DNA from: Candidatus Aminicenantes bacterium
Lineage (GTDB): Bacteria; Acidobacteriota; Aminicenantia; Aminicenantales; JAFGBC01
Length of the DNA: 64,000 nucleotides
Direction: 5' to 3'
Assembly (NCBI GenBank): GCA_963702005.1
Contig: OY969696.1
Coordinates: forward strand, 3,775,692 to 3,839,691
The number at the start of each line of letters is the position of its first letter. The first letter of the stretch is position 1. This document shows positions 16,763 through 27,436 of this stretch, one piece after another. Below the pieces are notes generated by a model, which saw nothing but the letters and a program-made list of their open reading frames with translations, was not told the origin of the DNA and ran no database searches. A program made the translations under genes and the position numbers.

Positions 16763-18049
16763 ATGGTGATTCCAAAAAAGGTCTTGGCTATTTCCACCCT
16801 GATCATCGTCGTCGCGGTGCTCGCTTATCTTTTCTTTTTCACCAAGACGGCGACAAAAAACGAAGGATCCGCGGCCTCCCCCGCCGTCGCGGCCGGAGAC
16901 AACCCGGTCTCCGGAGGACAAAATCCCCAAGACAAGGCCGAGGCGGCGCCGATACCGGTCAAAGCCGTCCCGGTCAGGCGCGGCGATCTCGTCATTAAGC
17001 TTAAATCCCCGGGCGAGGCGTTCACGGACAGGATGATCGCGGTCAAAGCCGAGGTGGGGGGCGTGGTCAAGAACCTGATCGCCTCGGAAGGCCGCCATGT
17101 CAAACAGGATGATATCCTCCTCGAGCTCGAGGACCGGGAATACCGGCTGGCCCTGGAAAAAGCGGACGCGCTCCGCTTGAAATACCTCTCCGACCTCTAT
17201 CTCGAAAAAATATTCACGCCGGCCTCCCCCGAAACGGACCCGGCCAAACTCGAAAAGCTCAAGAACAGCGAGGCCGCCTTCCGCAGGGCCGCCGAATCCC
17301 TCCGCCAGGGTCTCATCTCTCAGGAGGCCTACGAAAAAGCCCAGAAAGATTATGAACTGGCCCTGATCGAAACCGGCCAAAAAAAAGAGGAGATCATGGC
17401 CGCCTCCAAGGGGCTGACCCAGGCGGAGATCGACGTCAAGATTGCCGGGCTGCAGCTCGCCAAGACGATCATCCGGGCTCCGTTCGCGGGCATCATCACC
17501 GACATTAAGATTTCTCCGCGGGAGCACATAGACGCCGGCCGCGAGCTTTTCAGCTTGGTCGATATCAGCCGGATCCGGGTCAAGGCCAAAGTCCTCGAAA
17601 GCGAGGTCGGCAAAATCAAAACGGGCCGAAGCGTCGACCTCCGCTTCAGCGCTTACCCGGGCGAAGTCTTTCCGGGAACGGTGGAAGCGATCGCCCCGAT
17701 CGTCAGCGCCGAGGACAAAACCTGCGCCGTCCATATCTCGATGCGGAACCCGACCGAGGAGATCAAGCCGGGCATGCACGCCGAGGTGGAAATCGCCGCG
17801 GAGATCTATCCCAACAGACTGCTCGTGCCCCAGGCTGCGATTCTGGTTCGCGGCGGCCGCAAGCTGGTGTTCGTGGTCGATAACGGCCTGGCCAAATGGC
17901 GCTATGTCACGATCGGGATCGAAAACGAGGATTTCGCCGAGATCCTTCCCTCGGACCGGCCCGAGGAGACGGTCAAGGAAGGCGACTTGGTCATCACCGA
18001 AGGCCACTTCACGCTGGCCCATGACGCCCGCGTCGCGGTCAAAGACTAG
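16763..18049 (+). CDS. mdtA: Efflux RND transporter periplasmic adaptor (membrane fusion protein, HlyD family)
   Basis: 428 aa. N-terminal TM anchor, coiled-coil and beta-barrel MFP regions. Confidence 0.85.
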   Translation: MVIPKKVLAISTLIIVVAVLAYLFFFTKTATKNEGSAASPAVAAGDNPVSGGQNPQDKAEAAPIPVKAVPVRRGDLVIKLKSPGEAFTDRMIAVKAEVGGVVKNLIASEGRHVKQDDILLELEDREYRLALEKADALRLKYLSDLYLEKIFTPASPETDPAKLEKLKNSEAAFRRAAESLRQGLISQEAYEKAQKDYELALIETGQKKEEIMAASKGLTQAEIDVKIAGLQLAKTIIRAPFAGIITDIKISPREHIDAGRELFSLVDISRIRVKAKVLESEVGKIKTGRSVDLRFSAYPGEVFPGTVEAIAPIVSAEDKTCAVHISMRNPTEEIKPGMHAEVEIAAEIYPNRLLVPQAAILVRGGRKLVFVVDNGLAKWRYVTIGIENEDFAEILPSDRPEETVKEGDLVITEGHFTLAHDARVAVKD

Positions 18050-18060
18050 CCGGCCCCGAC

Positions 18061-21000
18061 ATGAAAATCGCCCGCCTGGCCATCGACCGGCCCGTGACGA
18101 CCTTCATGTTCTACCTGGCCGTCGTCCTGCTCGGGTTCATCTCTCTGCGGCAGCTGAGCGTCGACCTCCTGCCCAATATCGCCTACCCGCGCCTCTCGGT
18201 CATGACCCAGTATCCGGGCGTCGCGCCCGAGGAAATCGAAACCCTCGTTTCGGAGCCGCTCGAGGCGGCCGTCAGCCGGGTCCCGGGACTGCGGCGCGTG
18301 GAGTCCGTCTCCAAGGAAGGCGTCTCGTTCCTGACCCTGGAGTTCGCCTGGGGCACGGACATGGATTTCACCATGCTCCACACGCGGGAGGCGCTGAACA
18401 ATGCGCGCGAGATTCTGCCCGAGGGCGCCGAGAACCCGGCCATCATTCCCATGGACCCCCAGAGCAAGCCGATCATGGTCCTGGCCATCTCCGGCGAGGG
18501 CCGTCTTTTGGACCTCAAGGAGTTCAGCCAGGAGCTGGTCAAGCCCCGGCTGGAGCAGATCGAGGGGATCGGCTCGGCGGACGTCACGGGAGGGGTCGAG
18601 CGTGAAATCCGGGTGGAGCTCAACCCGCAGCTTCTGGCGCTCTACGGCTTGACGGTCAACGACGTGGCGTCCCGGATCGACGCCTTCAACCGCAACCTCC
18701 AGGGCGGGACGGTCCGCAAGGGCATGTTTGAGTACGCCATCCGCGTCGTCGGCGAATACGAGTCGCTTAAGGAAATCGGGGAGATCAGCCTGAAAATGAC
18801 CAGGGATAAGGGGGTCGTTCGCCTCAGGGACATCGCCCTCATCGACGATTCCTTGAAAGAGCGGCAGGGCGTCACCCGCCTCGACCGGAAGGAGAGCATC
18901 GGCCTTCTCGTCCGCAAGGAAGCCGGGGCCAATACGGTCAAGGTCACCCGCCTGGCCAAGCAGGTCATCGACCAGATCAGGAAGGAAAACCCCGACATCA
19001 ACATCTTCATCGTGTCCGAGCAGGCGGGCTACATCGAGTCGGTCATCAAGGCCGTCAAGGACGAGATCTTCCAGGGCGCCATCCTCGTCTTCCTGATTGT
19101 CTTTATCTTCCTCCAGGAATGGAAATCGCCCCTCATCATCAACATCGTCATCCCCATCTCGATCATCGCCACCTTCAACCTCCTCTATTTCGGCAACATC
19201 ACCCTCAACATCATGTCGCTGGGCGGGCTGGCCTTGGGGGTGGGCATGCTCGACGACTGCGCGGATGTCGTCTCGGAAAACATCTTCCGACACCGGAGCC
19301 TGGGGAAACGTCCGGCCGAAGCGGCCTATATCGGTACCAAGGAAGTCGGCGGAGCGGTTGCGGCCACGGCCTTGACGACGATCGTGGTTTTTTTGCCGAT
19401 CATCTATGTCCATGGAATCGCCGGGCCCCTCTTCAAGGACGCGGCGCTGACCGTGACGTTTTCCCTGCTCGCCTCCCTTATCTGCGCGCTGACGCTCCTT
19501 CCCATGCTTCAGGCCCGTAAGCTGAAGTGGGGCGTCGCGGATCTCGGAGCGGGCGGAAGCCCGAAGGACAAATCGATTAAGCGTCCGGAGCCGGGAAAGA
19601 ATCTTCATCCCCTGCTTCGCGCCTATCGAGGAGTCCGCCGGATCCTTTCCAAAGCCGGGCGGGGGGTATATCGCCTCGTGGACATCATCGTCAGCTTTGT
19701 GATGCAATGGCTGGCCTTCGTCTTCCGCGTCCTGGCATTCCCCTTCAAGCCCGTCATCCGGACCGTCTTCCGCGGCTTCAACTCCGTTTACCGGCCTTTT
19801 ATCACGCGTTACAGGGGTTGGCTCGTCTGGAGCCTCGACCACAAAAGCAGAATCGCCGTCGCCTCGCTGATCTTTTTCGCCGTCACCTTCGCCATCGGCG
19901 GCCTGCTGCCCCGGGAGCACATGCCGCCCATCAAGGCCACCTCGTTCGAGCTTCAGATGAGAACGCCGGTCGATTATTCCTTGGAGCAGACGGGCGTCGT
20001 CGTGGCTTCTCTGGAGCAATTCCTCCAGACGGTCCAGCCGGTCCAGGTCACCTTCTCGCAGATCGGGATCGTGAGCGGCATGGAAAGCCTGGACCTGGGG
20101 GCTTCCCTCAACTCCGCCCGCGTATTTGTCAGGGTCAAGAATCCTTCGGACCTGGAGCCGACGCTGGAGAGCCTGCGCCGCCGCCTGGCCGATTTCCCGG
20201 ATATCTCCTACACCGTCGCCCGCGAGGAATCGGCCCTGACCGAATTCCTGGCGTTTTCGACGGGCCAGGTCGGCCTCAAGATCCAGGGCAGCGACCTCGA
20301 CAAGCTGGAGGAGATTTCCCGGGACCTGGTCGCCCGGCTGAAACGAGTCAAGGGCGTCGTCGACATCAGCACCAACGTCGGCGAAGGGAAACCCGAATTC
20401 CGCGTCTCCATCAAGAAAGAGGCCCTGGCCAAGTATCCGAACCTATCCCCGAGCGTTCTGGGCGACTTTCTGGTCGGCGCCGTCCGGGGGAAAAAGGCCA
20501 CCGATTTCAACGAGATGGAGAAAAAATACGACGTCCTGGTGCGCCTGGGGCAGGGCTCGAGGGCGACCGTCGCATCGCTCCTCGACAGTCCCTTCCCCTA
20601 CGCCGGAACCCTCATTCCCTTGCGGGACCTGGTGACGGTCGAGCCGGCGCGCGGGCCGCGGGAGATCCGGCGCGAGAACCAGCAGAGGGAAATCCTGGTC
20701 ACCGCCAACCTCCACCAGGCCAAGATCAGTCAAGTCATCCCGGCCATCAACGAACAAATCAGGAAGCTGGCCCTTCCCGAAGGCTATCAGATCGCCTACG
20801 GCGGCGAGCAAGAAGAAATGAGCAAATCCTTCAAAAGCCTTTTTCTGGCCCTGATCCTGGCCGTCATCCTGACCTACATGATCATGGCCGCCCAGTTCGA
20901 GTCGCTGCTCCATCCCTTCCTGGTCATGCTGACCCTGCCCATGGGCGCTGCCGGCGCTTTTGTCTCCCTCCTCATCGGCGGCCAGACCCTCAACGTCATG

Positions 21001-21369
21001 TCCATCATCGGCATGGTCGTCCTGGTCGGCCTGGTCGTGGACGACGCCATCGTCGAGGTCGATTTCATCAACCAGTTACGGCGAAGCGGGAAGGCACTGC
21101 GCGAATCCGTGGTCGAGGGCTGTATGACCCGGCTGCGGGCCATCCTGATGGCGTCGCTGGACACGGTCTTCGGCCTCATCCCGATGGCCCTCGGCTTGGA
21201 GCGGGGGTCGGAGCTCCTCAAGCCGCTGGGCATCGTGGTGGCCGGAGGCCTCCTCTTCTCCACCTTCCTGACGCTGATCTTGATCCCGGTCGTCTACGAG
21301 GCCGTGGAGGGAATCAAAGACCGCAGAGCGGCCGGCTCCCGTACGGCTCCGGAGACCGCCCGGCCTTAG
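18061..21369 (+). CDS. mdtB: Efflux RND transporter permease subunit (AcrB/MdtB-like)
   Basis: 1102 aa. 12-TM RND architecture with two large periplasmic loops. Confidence 0.9.
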   Translation: MKIARLAIDRPVTTFMFYLAVVLLGFISLRQLSVDLLPNIAYPRLSVMTQYPGVAPEEIETLVSEPLEAAVSRVPGLRRVESVSKEGVSFLTLEFAWGTDMDFTMLHTREALNNAREILPEGAENPAIIPMDPQSKPIMVLAISGEGRLLDLKEFSQELVKPRLEQIEGIGSADVTGGVEREIRVELNPQLLALYGLTVNDVASRIDAFNRNLQGGTVRKGMFEYAIRVVGEYESLKEIGEISLKMTRDKGVVRLRDIALIDDSLKERQGVTRLDRKESIGLLVRKEAGANTVKVTRLAKQVIDQIRKENPDINIFIVSEQAGYIESVIKAVKDEIFQGAILVFLIVFIFLQEWKSPLIINIVIPISIIATFNLLYFGNITLNIMSLGGLALGVGMLDDCADVVSENIFRHRSLGKRPAEAAYIGTKEVGGAVAATALTTIVVFLPIIYVHGIAGPLFKDAALTVTFSLLASLICALTLLPMLQARKLKWGVADLGAGGSPKDKSIKRPEPGKNLHPLLRAYRGVRRILSKAGRGVYRLVDIIVSFVMQWLAFVFRVLAFPFKPVIRTVFRGFNSVYRPFITRYRGWLVWSLDHKSRIAVASLIFFAVTFAIGGLLPREHMPPIKATSFELQMRTPVDYSLEQTGVVVASLEQFLQTVQPVQVTFSQIGIVSGMESLDLGASLNSARVFVRVKNPSDLEPTLESLRRRLADFPDISYTVAREESALTEFLAFSTGQVGLKIQGSDLDKLEEISRDLVARLKRVKGVVDISTNVGEGKPEFRVSIKKEALAKYPNLSPSVLGDFLVGAVRGKKATDFNEMEKKYDVLVRLGQGSRATVASLLDSPFPYAGTLIPLRDLVTVEPARGPREIRRENQQREILVTANLHQAKISQVIPAINEQIRKLALPEGYQIAYGGEQEEMSKSFKSLFLALILAVILTYMIMAAQFESLLHPFLVMLTLPMGAAGAFVSLLIGGQTLNVMSIIGMVVLVGLVVDDAIVEVDFINQLRRSGKALRESVVEGCMTRLRAILMASLDTVFGLIPMALGLERGSELLKPLGIVVAGGLLFSTFLTLILIPVVYEAVEGIKDRRAAGSRTAPETARP

Positions 21370-21372
21370 CCC

Positions 21373-24300
21373 ATGTTCAAATTTTTCGTCGAGCGACCGG
21401 TCGCCACCTCGATGCTCTACCTCGCCCTGCTCGTCCTGGGCGTTTACTCGTTCATCAACACCCCTTTGGAGCTGGCGCCCAAGGAGGACTACCCCCAAGT
21501 CGATGTCCAGACCGCCTGGCCCGGCGTCCCGCCCGAGATCGTCCAGACCAAGATCACGGCGCCGATCGAGGAAGCCCTGTCCTCGGTCAAGGGCATCCGC
21601 AAGATCAGCTCGTCCTCCCGGATCGGGTCGTCTCAAATCACGGTCGAATTCGACCCCAAAATCAACATGGAATTCGCCAACCTGGCCCTGCGCGAGGAGA
21701 TCGCCAAGCTGCGGCTGAAAAGGGTTCTCCCCTACGGCGTGAGGCCGATCGTTCAGGCTTATATCCCCGAGGATTTCCGGGTGCGGCCGTTCCTGAGCTT
21801 TACCATCTCGGGGGATTATCCGCTTCAAAAGCTCCGCGAGCTGGTCAAGGACAAGATCGTGTTCGGGCTCGGCTCCGTCCGGGGCGTGTCGCGGGTGGAG
21901 GTGGACGGCGGGTCGGACGCCGAAATTCTGGTCAGCCTGGACAAAGACAAGCTGAAGACCTACGCTATTCAACCCTACCAGGTCTTAGCGGCCATCCAGG
22001 CCCGGATTCAAGTTTATCCGGCGGGAAAGATCGTCATGGGGACGCGCGAATTTCTGTTCAAGGTCAGCGACGCGATCGGCGACCTGAGGGAGATGGGGGC
22101 GACAATCGTCGGCGTCAGCGGCCCGAACCCGATCCGGCTCTCCGCCGTCGCCCGCATCACGCCGACCTACGGCGAAGTCTACTCCCTGAACCGGATCAAC
22201 GGCCGGCCGACGATCGGCGTGACGATCGTCAAGGAAAAAGGCGTCAACACGCTGAAGACGGCCGGCGAGGTCAAAAACAGGCTGGCCGGCCTTCGCCGCT
22301 CGCTGCCGTCCGACCTGACCTTCAAGACGGTGGACGACGAGAGCGCCGAGATCCACCGCAACTTGAACGACCTCGCCAAGCTGGCGGCGATCATCACCGC
22401 CGTCGTCTTCCTCATGATCTTCATCGTCCTGAGGCGGGTCGGCCCGTCGCTCCTGATCCTGTCCTCGATCGCCTTCAGCACCGTTATCACCTTCAACCTG
22501 ATCTACGTCTTCAAGGTCTCGATGAACATGCTGACCCTGGGGGCCCTGGCGCTTGGGTTCGGCATGTTCGTCGACGATTCGATCGTCGTTTTCGAGAATA
22601 CACTCCGCCACCGGGAGAAAGGGGCCGCGCCGCTCGAGGCAGCCTCGAAAGGACCCCGGGAAGTCTTTGTCGCCGTGCTGGCCTCCACCCTGACCACGAT
22701 CAGCGTTTTCGTCTGCTTCCCCTATTTTCAGGGTCGGCTCAAGATCTACTACCTTCCGCTGGCCGTCGTGATTTCGTCGGCGCTGGCCGCCTCGCTCCTG
22801 GTCTCGTTCTCGTTGATTCCGGCCCTCAGCCCTCGATTTCTGCGAAAGACGCGGGTGCGGCCTCCCGCCGCGGCTCGGAAGCGGTTCGAGAGGTTCCTGT
22901 CGGCGGTCCTTCGCCACCCCGTCCCGATCTTGGTCGTTGTCGCTGCCCTTCTCTACGGCAGCTATAAATGGTTCCGGTCCGAGGTCACGATCGGCGAGTG
23001 GTTCCGCTGGTACTCTCAGGAACGGCTCTACGTTTACGTGGGCCTGCCGGCCGGGTCCAACATCGAACAGACCGACACGGTCATCAAGGCCTTTGAGGCC
23101 AAAGTTCTGGACAGCCCCTATCCCAAGGAAATGAACGCCCAGGTCTCGGCCGAAAGCGCCTCCCTGGACATCCGCTTCCCGCCCGACATCGAGCGCTCGT
23201 TCCGGCCCTATGCGCTCAAGGAGGAGCTCATCCAGCTCGCCACCCAGTTCGCGGGCATCGACGTCTATGTCATGGGATTCGACCCCCAAGGGTATTACTC
23301 GAGCATGGGGACCGGGACTTTCTACAGTTCGCGGATCAAGTTTTACGGCTACAACCTGAAAAAGCTGCGCGAGATCACGTCCGAGCTGGAGAATCAACTT
23401 AAACTCAACCCCCGCATCAAGGAAGTCCGGACCGTTTCCAGCCGCTTCGAATGGTATCGGGGGGATTCCTTCGAGGACATCCTAAAGATCGACCCGGAAG
23501 CCCTGGGCCGGCACGATATCGATCCCAATGATCTCTACGCCTATCTGAGTGCGTCTCTCCGCGGAGATTTCGGGACGCCGATCAGGCTGATCATGTCCGG
23601 CAAGGACATGGCCGTCTCCGTGAAGTATCCCCGAGGCCGACCGGACGGACTTGCGCAGTCTCCTCGATACGCTCATCAGGACGCGGGGCGGCGAATATCT
23701 TCGCTTGGGCGAGGTCTCGAGTCTCGAGGAACGGCCGATCGCCGGCTCGATCGACCGCGAGAACCAGCACTTCCAACAGACCGTCATGTGGGAGTTTCGG
23801 GGCCCGTCCAAGGCCGAGGAAAAATTCCGGAAATCGGTCTTTGCCTCGCTTCGGCTCCCGCCGGGCTTTTCGGCGACCATGGATGAGGGTTGGTTCATGA
23901 CCAAGGAGGAAAAAGGCCAAATCGGCCTGGCCATCGCTTTTTCCCTGATGTTCATCTTCATGATCCTGGCCGCGCTCTACGAGTCCTTCCTCCACCCGTT
24001 TTTCATCATGTTGGCCGTGCCGCTGGCCCTGATCGGCGTCTTCGTTGCTTTCGTCATCGCCAAGTATCCGTTCGACAGCTCGGCCTACATCGGCGTCGTT
24101 TTGCTGGGGGGGATCGTCGTCAAGAACGCCATCTTGCTCGTCGATCATATCAACCTGAAGAGGCGGCAAGGCTTGGCCTTGTCCGAGGCCGTGATCGTCG
24201 GAACCCAGGAGCGCATCCGCCCGATCTTCATGACGACCAGCACCACGGTCTTCGGCATGCTGCCCATGCTGCTTTTGCAGGCGGAGTCCGGCGTCAAGCG

Positions 24301-24457
24301 CCAGATCTGGTCCACGCTGGCCCTGTCCACGCTGGGCGGCCTGGTCACCTCGACGATCTTCCTTCTGGTCGTGATCCCGATTTTCTATTTATACGGCGAC
24401 CGCCTGCGCGGCTGGGCCGGCAGAACGGTCGCGGAATTGCGGCAGCCGGAAAAATAA
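21373..24457 (+). CDS. mdtC: Second efflux RND transporter permease subunit (MdtC-like). The reading frame is interrupted at a CCCC run (~23629-23632).
   Basis: Track ORFs 21373..23886 and 23651..24457 are the N- and C-terminal parts of one RND protein. Deleting one C restores the continuous reading …SVKYPEADRTDLRSLLDTLIRT…. Confidence 0.8.
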
Positions 24458-24460
24458 ACT

Positions 24461-24487
24461 GCGGATATATCCACATTCCGCTTTTCG
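24461..24487 (+). terminator. Candidate intrinsic terminator after the RND operon (gcggatatatccacattccgc + ttttc)
   Basis: Seen in sequence 4 nt after the mdtC-like stop. Confidence 0.4.
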
Positions 24488-24557
24488 ACCTGGACATCGC
24501 CGTTATTTTTCTGTATGAATAAGCCGTGTCTGTCCCGGGAGAAAAAGAGGAGGATCC

Positions 24558-26051
24558 ATGAGAAAGCTTTCAGCCCGCCCTGTAATATTCATCGTCCTGG
24601 CGTTTATCCTCGGCACGGCTTCAACCCTCACGGCTGAGAACCGGGGGATTGAACACGGAACCCGCTATGACCGGCTTGTCATCCGCAACGTCATCGTCAT
24701 CGACGGCAAGGGCACGCCGCCCCGCGGCCCGTTGGACGTCATCGTCCAGGGCAACCGGATCCAGGCGGTCATGGGCGCGAACGCCGCGCCGGACGCATAC
24801 AAGGACGAGAAGCATGTCCTCGACGGCGCGGGCATGTACCTTCTCCCCGGGCTGATCAACAGCCATGTCCACCTCCAGGACGAGCGGGCCGGCATTCCGC
24901 AGCCCTTCGAATATGAATATAAGATCTGGCTGGGCTGCGGCATCACCACGGTCCGCGATGTGGGGAGCGACCCCGTCAAGGCCCTGGCCGAGCGCCGCAA
25001 GAGCCAGGAAGGCGCCATCGTCGCGCCGCGCATTTTTATCTACATGGTCGCCGACGGCCGCACGCCCGAGGAAGGACGCCAAAGCGTCCGGAGCATCAAG
25101 GAACGGGGCGGCGACGGCGTTAAGATCTTCGGGATGGACCGCGATATCATGGCCGCGATCGTCGACGAATCGAAAAAACTGGGCCTCCGGGTGGCCAGCC
25201 ACGCCGGGGTCGAGGAGACCGACGCCTGGGACATCGCCTCCCTTGGGGTCACGACGATCGAACACTGGTACGGCGTGCCGGACGCCGCGCTCAACGGTTC
25301 GCAGAACTTCCCGCTCAGCTATAACTACAACAACGAAAACGACCGGTTCCGTTGGGCGGGCCGCTTGTGGCGGGAGGCCGATCCCGTCAAGCTCGATAGG
25401 CTTTTAACGACGCTGGTCGAAAAGGGCGTGGCCTGGATCCCGACCTTCAGCACCTACGAAGCGTGCCGGGACATCACCCGGGCCAGAAATCTCCCCTGGT
25501 TCAAAGACTACCTGCATCCGGCCCTGGAGGAGTACTTCAAGCCCAGCCCGGCCCGCCACGGCGCCTTCACCTGGAATTGGTCGACCGAGGATGAAATCTG
25601 CTGGAAGGAAAATTACAGGATCTGGATGAAGGCCGTTCGCGATTTCGCGAACAAGGGCGGCCTGGTCGGCGCGGCCGACGACGCGGGCTTCATCTACACG
25701 CTGTACGGATTCACGTTCCTCGGCGAACTCGAACTCCTGCAAGAAGCCGGGTTCCACCCGATCGACGTCATCCAGTGCGCCACGGGCAACAACGCCAAGA
25801 TCCTGGGGATGGAGAATCAGCTAGGCCGGGTCCGCCAGGGATTTCTGGCCGACTTGATCCTCATCGACGAGAATCCGCTCCAAAACTTGAAGTTCCTCTA
25901 TCCGACCGGCGTCCTCGACATCAAGGACGGGAAGCTCGTCCAGCGCGGCGGCGTGAAGTGGACGATCAAGGACGGGATCGTCTACAGCACCCCGACGCTG
26001 CTCAAGGATGTGACCGCCATGGTGGCCAAGGCGCGGGCGGCGAGGCGGTAG
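24558..26051 (+). CDS. Amidohydrolase family protein (secreted, metal-dependent hydrolase)
   Basis: 497 aa. Signal peptide, HxH-type motif INSHVHLQ. Strong SD (AAAAAGAGGAGG) upstream. Confidence 0.8.
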   Translation: MRKLSARPVIFIVLAFILGTASTLTAENRGIEHGTRYDRLVIRNVIVIDGKGTPPRGPLDVIVQGNRIQAVMGANAAPDAYKDEKHVLDGAGMYLLPGLINSHVHLQDERAGIPQPFEYEYKIWLGCGITTVRDVGSDPVKALAERRKSQEGAIVAPRIFIYMVADGRTPEEGRQSVRSIKERGGDGVKIFGMDRDIMAAIVDESKKLGLRVASHAGVEETDAWDIASLGVTTIEHWYGVPDAALNGSQNFPLSYNYNNENDRFRWAGRLWREADPVKLDRLLTTLVEKGVAWIPTFSTYEACRDITRARNLPWFKDYLHPALEEYFKPSPARHGAFTWNWSTEDEICWKENYRIWMKAVRDFANKGGLVGAADDAGFIYTLYGFTFLGELELLQEAGFHPIDVIQCATGNNAKILGMENQLGRVRQGFLADLILIDENPLQNLKFLYPTGVLDIKDGKLVQRGGVKWTIKDGIVYSTPTLLKDVTAMVAKARAARR

Positions 26052-26191
26052 GCGACGCCTAAACGGGATTATTAGGCGGTCGGATTTTGAGTCAGGAGTG
26101 TTTTCGCTCTCTCGATCTGGCGCCGGACCATATCGGGATGGGTTGAACCCGTCGTGTGTCCCCGGAATTCTTGGTATTATAGTAGAAGGGC

Positions 26192-27427
26192 ATGAAACGG
26201 ACGACCGCGCTCCTCCTCCTGACGGCTCTCTCCCTGCTGGGGCTGAGCCTGATGCATCTCGTCCACGGCTCGTTCCACCACGACTCCTTCGCCTATCTCG
26301 TCACGGCCGAGCATTTTCTGGGTCGGACGGACCTCGTCGACGCCCGGCGGATCACCCTCTTCATATTCGTCCTGATGCCCTTCGCCGGACGTCCGGCGCT
26401 TCTCTATTTCTTCCTGGCGGCCGTCGCCTGGGCTTCTTTATTCGTCGTCTCCAGGATTGTCGATGTCTTCGGGCCGCGCTCCTCGCTTCACTATCTCCTC
26501 TTCCTCATCCCCTCCTACACGACCTATCTCATGACCTCGGTCCTCCAAGAAGGCCCGGCTCTGCTCCTGTCGGCGCTGGCCGTCTATGTTCTGCTGAAGA
26601 AACGGTACCCGGCGGCGATTGCTCTCTTGGCGCTTTGTGTTTTCGTCCGTCCCGCCATGTCGGCCATAGTTCCCGGCTTCTTCCTTGCGCTCCTGTTCTA
26701 TAAACACCTCAATGATGATGTCCGGAGCGGAAGGCGCTTGGCCGAACTCGTCCGCCGTAAGGCCGCCGGACTTATCCGCGACGGCTTGATCTGCGGCCTC
26801 GGCTTCCTCGGAGCGTCCGCCCTGTGCGCGGCGCCGCTTTTATTACTGACGCCGGACCCGTTCATCTCGTTCAAAATCCTGTCCGGCGTCTACATTAGGG
26901 ACAATTTAATGCGGCTCGCTTTTCCCCTCCTTTGGCTTTCGCTTTTCGGCGTCCTTCTCGTCCCCCTCGTCCTTTACGCCTTCTATTCTTTGTATAAGAC
27001 CCGCCGGGCCGTCTTCCTCTTTTTGGCGCTCATGTTTCTTCCCTACTTGGCCGCCGTCTGGTATCAGGCCAATATCCGCTATCTCATCTATCTCATAATT
27101 CCGATGGCGGTCGCCTTCTCGACCGTACCCTTCCCGTCGTGGAAACCGCGGATCCGAGCGGCCGCGCTCGCGCTCTGCGTTCTCTCGTTTCTCTATCCTT
27201 ACGGCCCGTTCGTCTATTACTATGATTACCAGCAAGGCCGCCGCATCCTGAGCGTCTCGGCCAAGCCTTACATTTATTTCGATTCGGAATACAAAGGGCG
27301 CCAGTACCGGGAGCTTCGTCGCCTGATAGGAGCGAAGGTGCTCACAACCGAGGAGCGGATGCTTCTCGATTCCTACGCAGGCTCCCCTATCTTAGATTAC
27401 CTGCGCCGACACCCCGAAAATTGGTAA
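26192..27427 (+). CDS. Polytopic membrane protein, putative GT-C-fold glycosyltransferase (DUF2029/GT87-like)
   Basis: 411 aa, ~10 TM. N-terminal DS-F-AY-L-TAE motif resembling the DFxxYY motif of GT87 mannosyltransferases. Confidence 0.4.
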   Translation: MKRTTALLLLTALSLLGLSLMHLVHGSFHHDSFAYLVTAEHFLGRTDLVDARRITLFIFVLMPFAGRPALLYFFLAAVAWASLFVVSRIVDVFGPRSSLHYLLFLIPSYTTYLMTSVLQEGPALLLSALAVYVLLKKRYPAAIALLALCVFVRPAMSAIVPGFFLALLFYKHLNDDVRSGRRLAELVRRKAAGLIRDGLICGLGFLGASALCAAPLLLLTPDPFISFKILSGVYIRDNLMRLAFPLLWLSLFGVLLVPLVLYAFYSLYKTRRAVFLFLALMFLPYLAAVWYQANIRYLIYLIIPMAVAFSTVPFPSWKPRIRAAALALCVLSFLYPYGPFVYYYDYQQGRRILSVSAKPYIYFDSEYKGRQYRELRRLIGAKVLTTEERMLLDSYAGSPILDYLRRHPENW

Positions 27428-27436
27428 AATAGATCC

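Noticed and set aside
18046-22967. Very long ORFs antisense or out of frame to the RND permeases (18046..20019 minus, 657 aa; 19707..22967 plus, 1086 aa)
   Set aside because: Both are Arg/Pro/Gly-rich low-complexity translations overlapping high-confidence RND genes. They are GC-driven artefacts.
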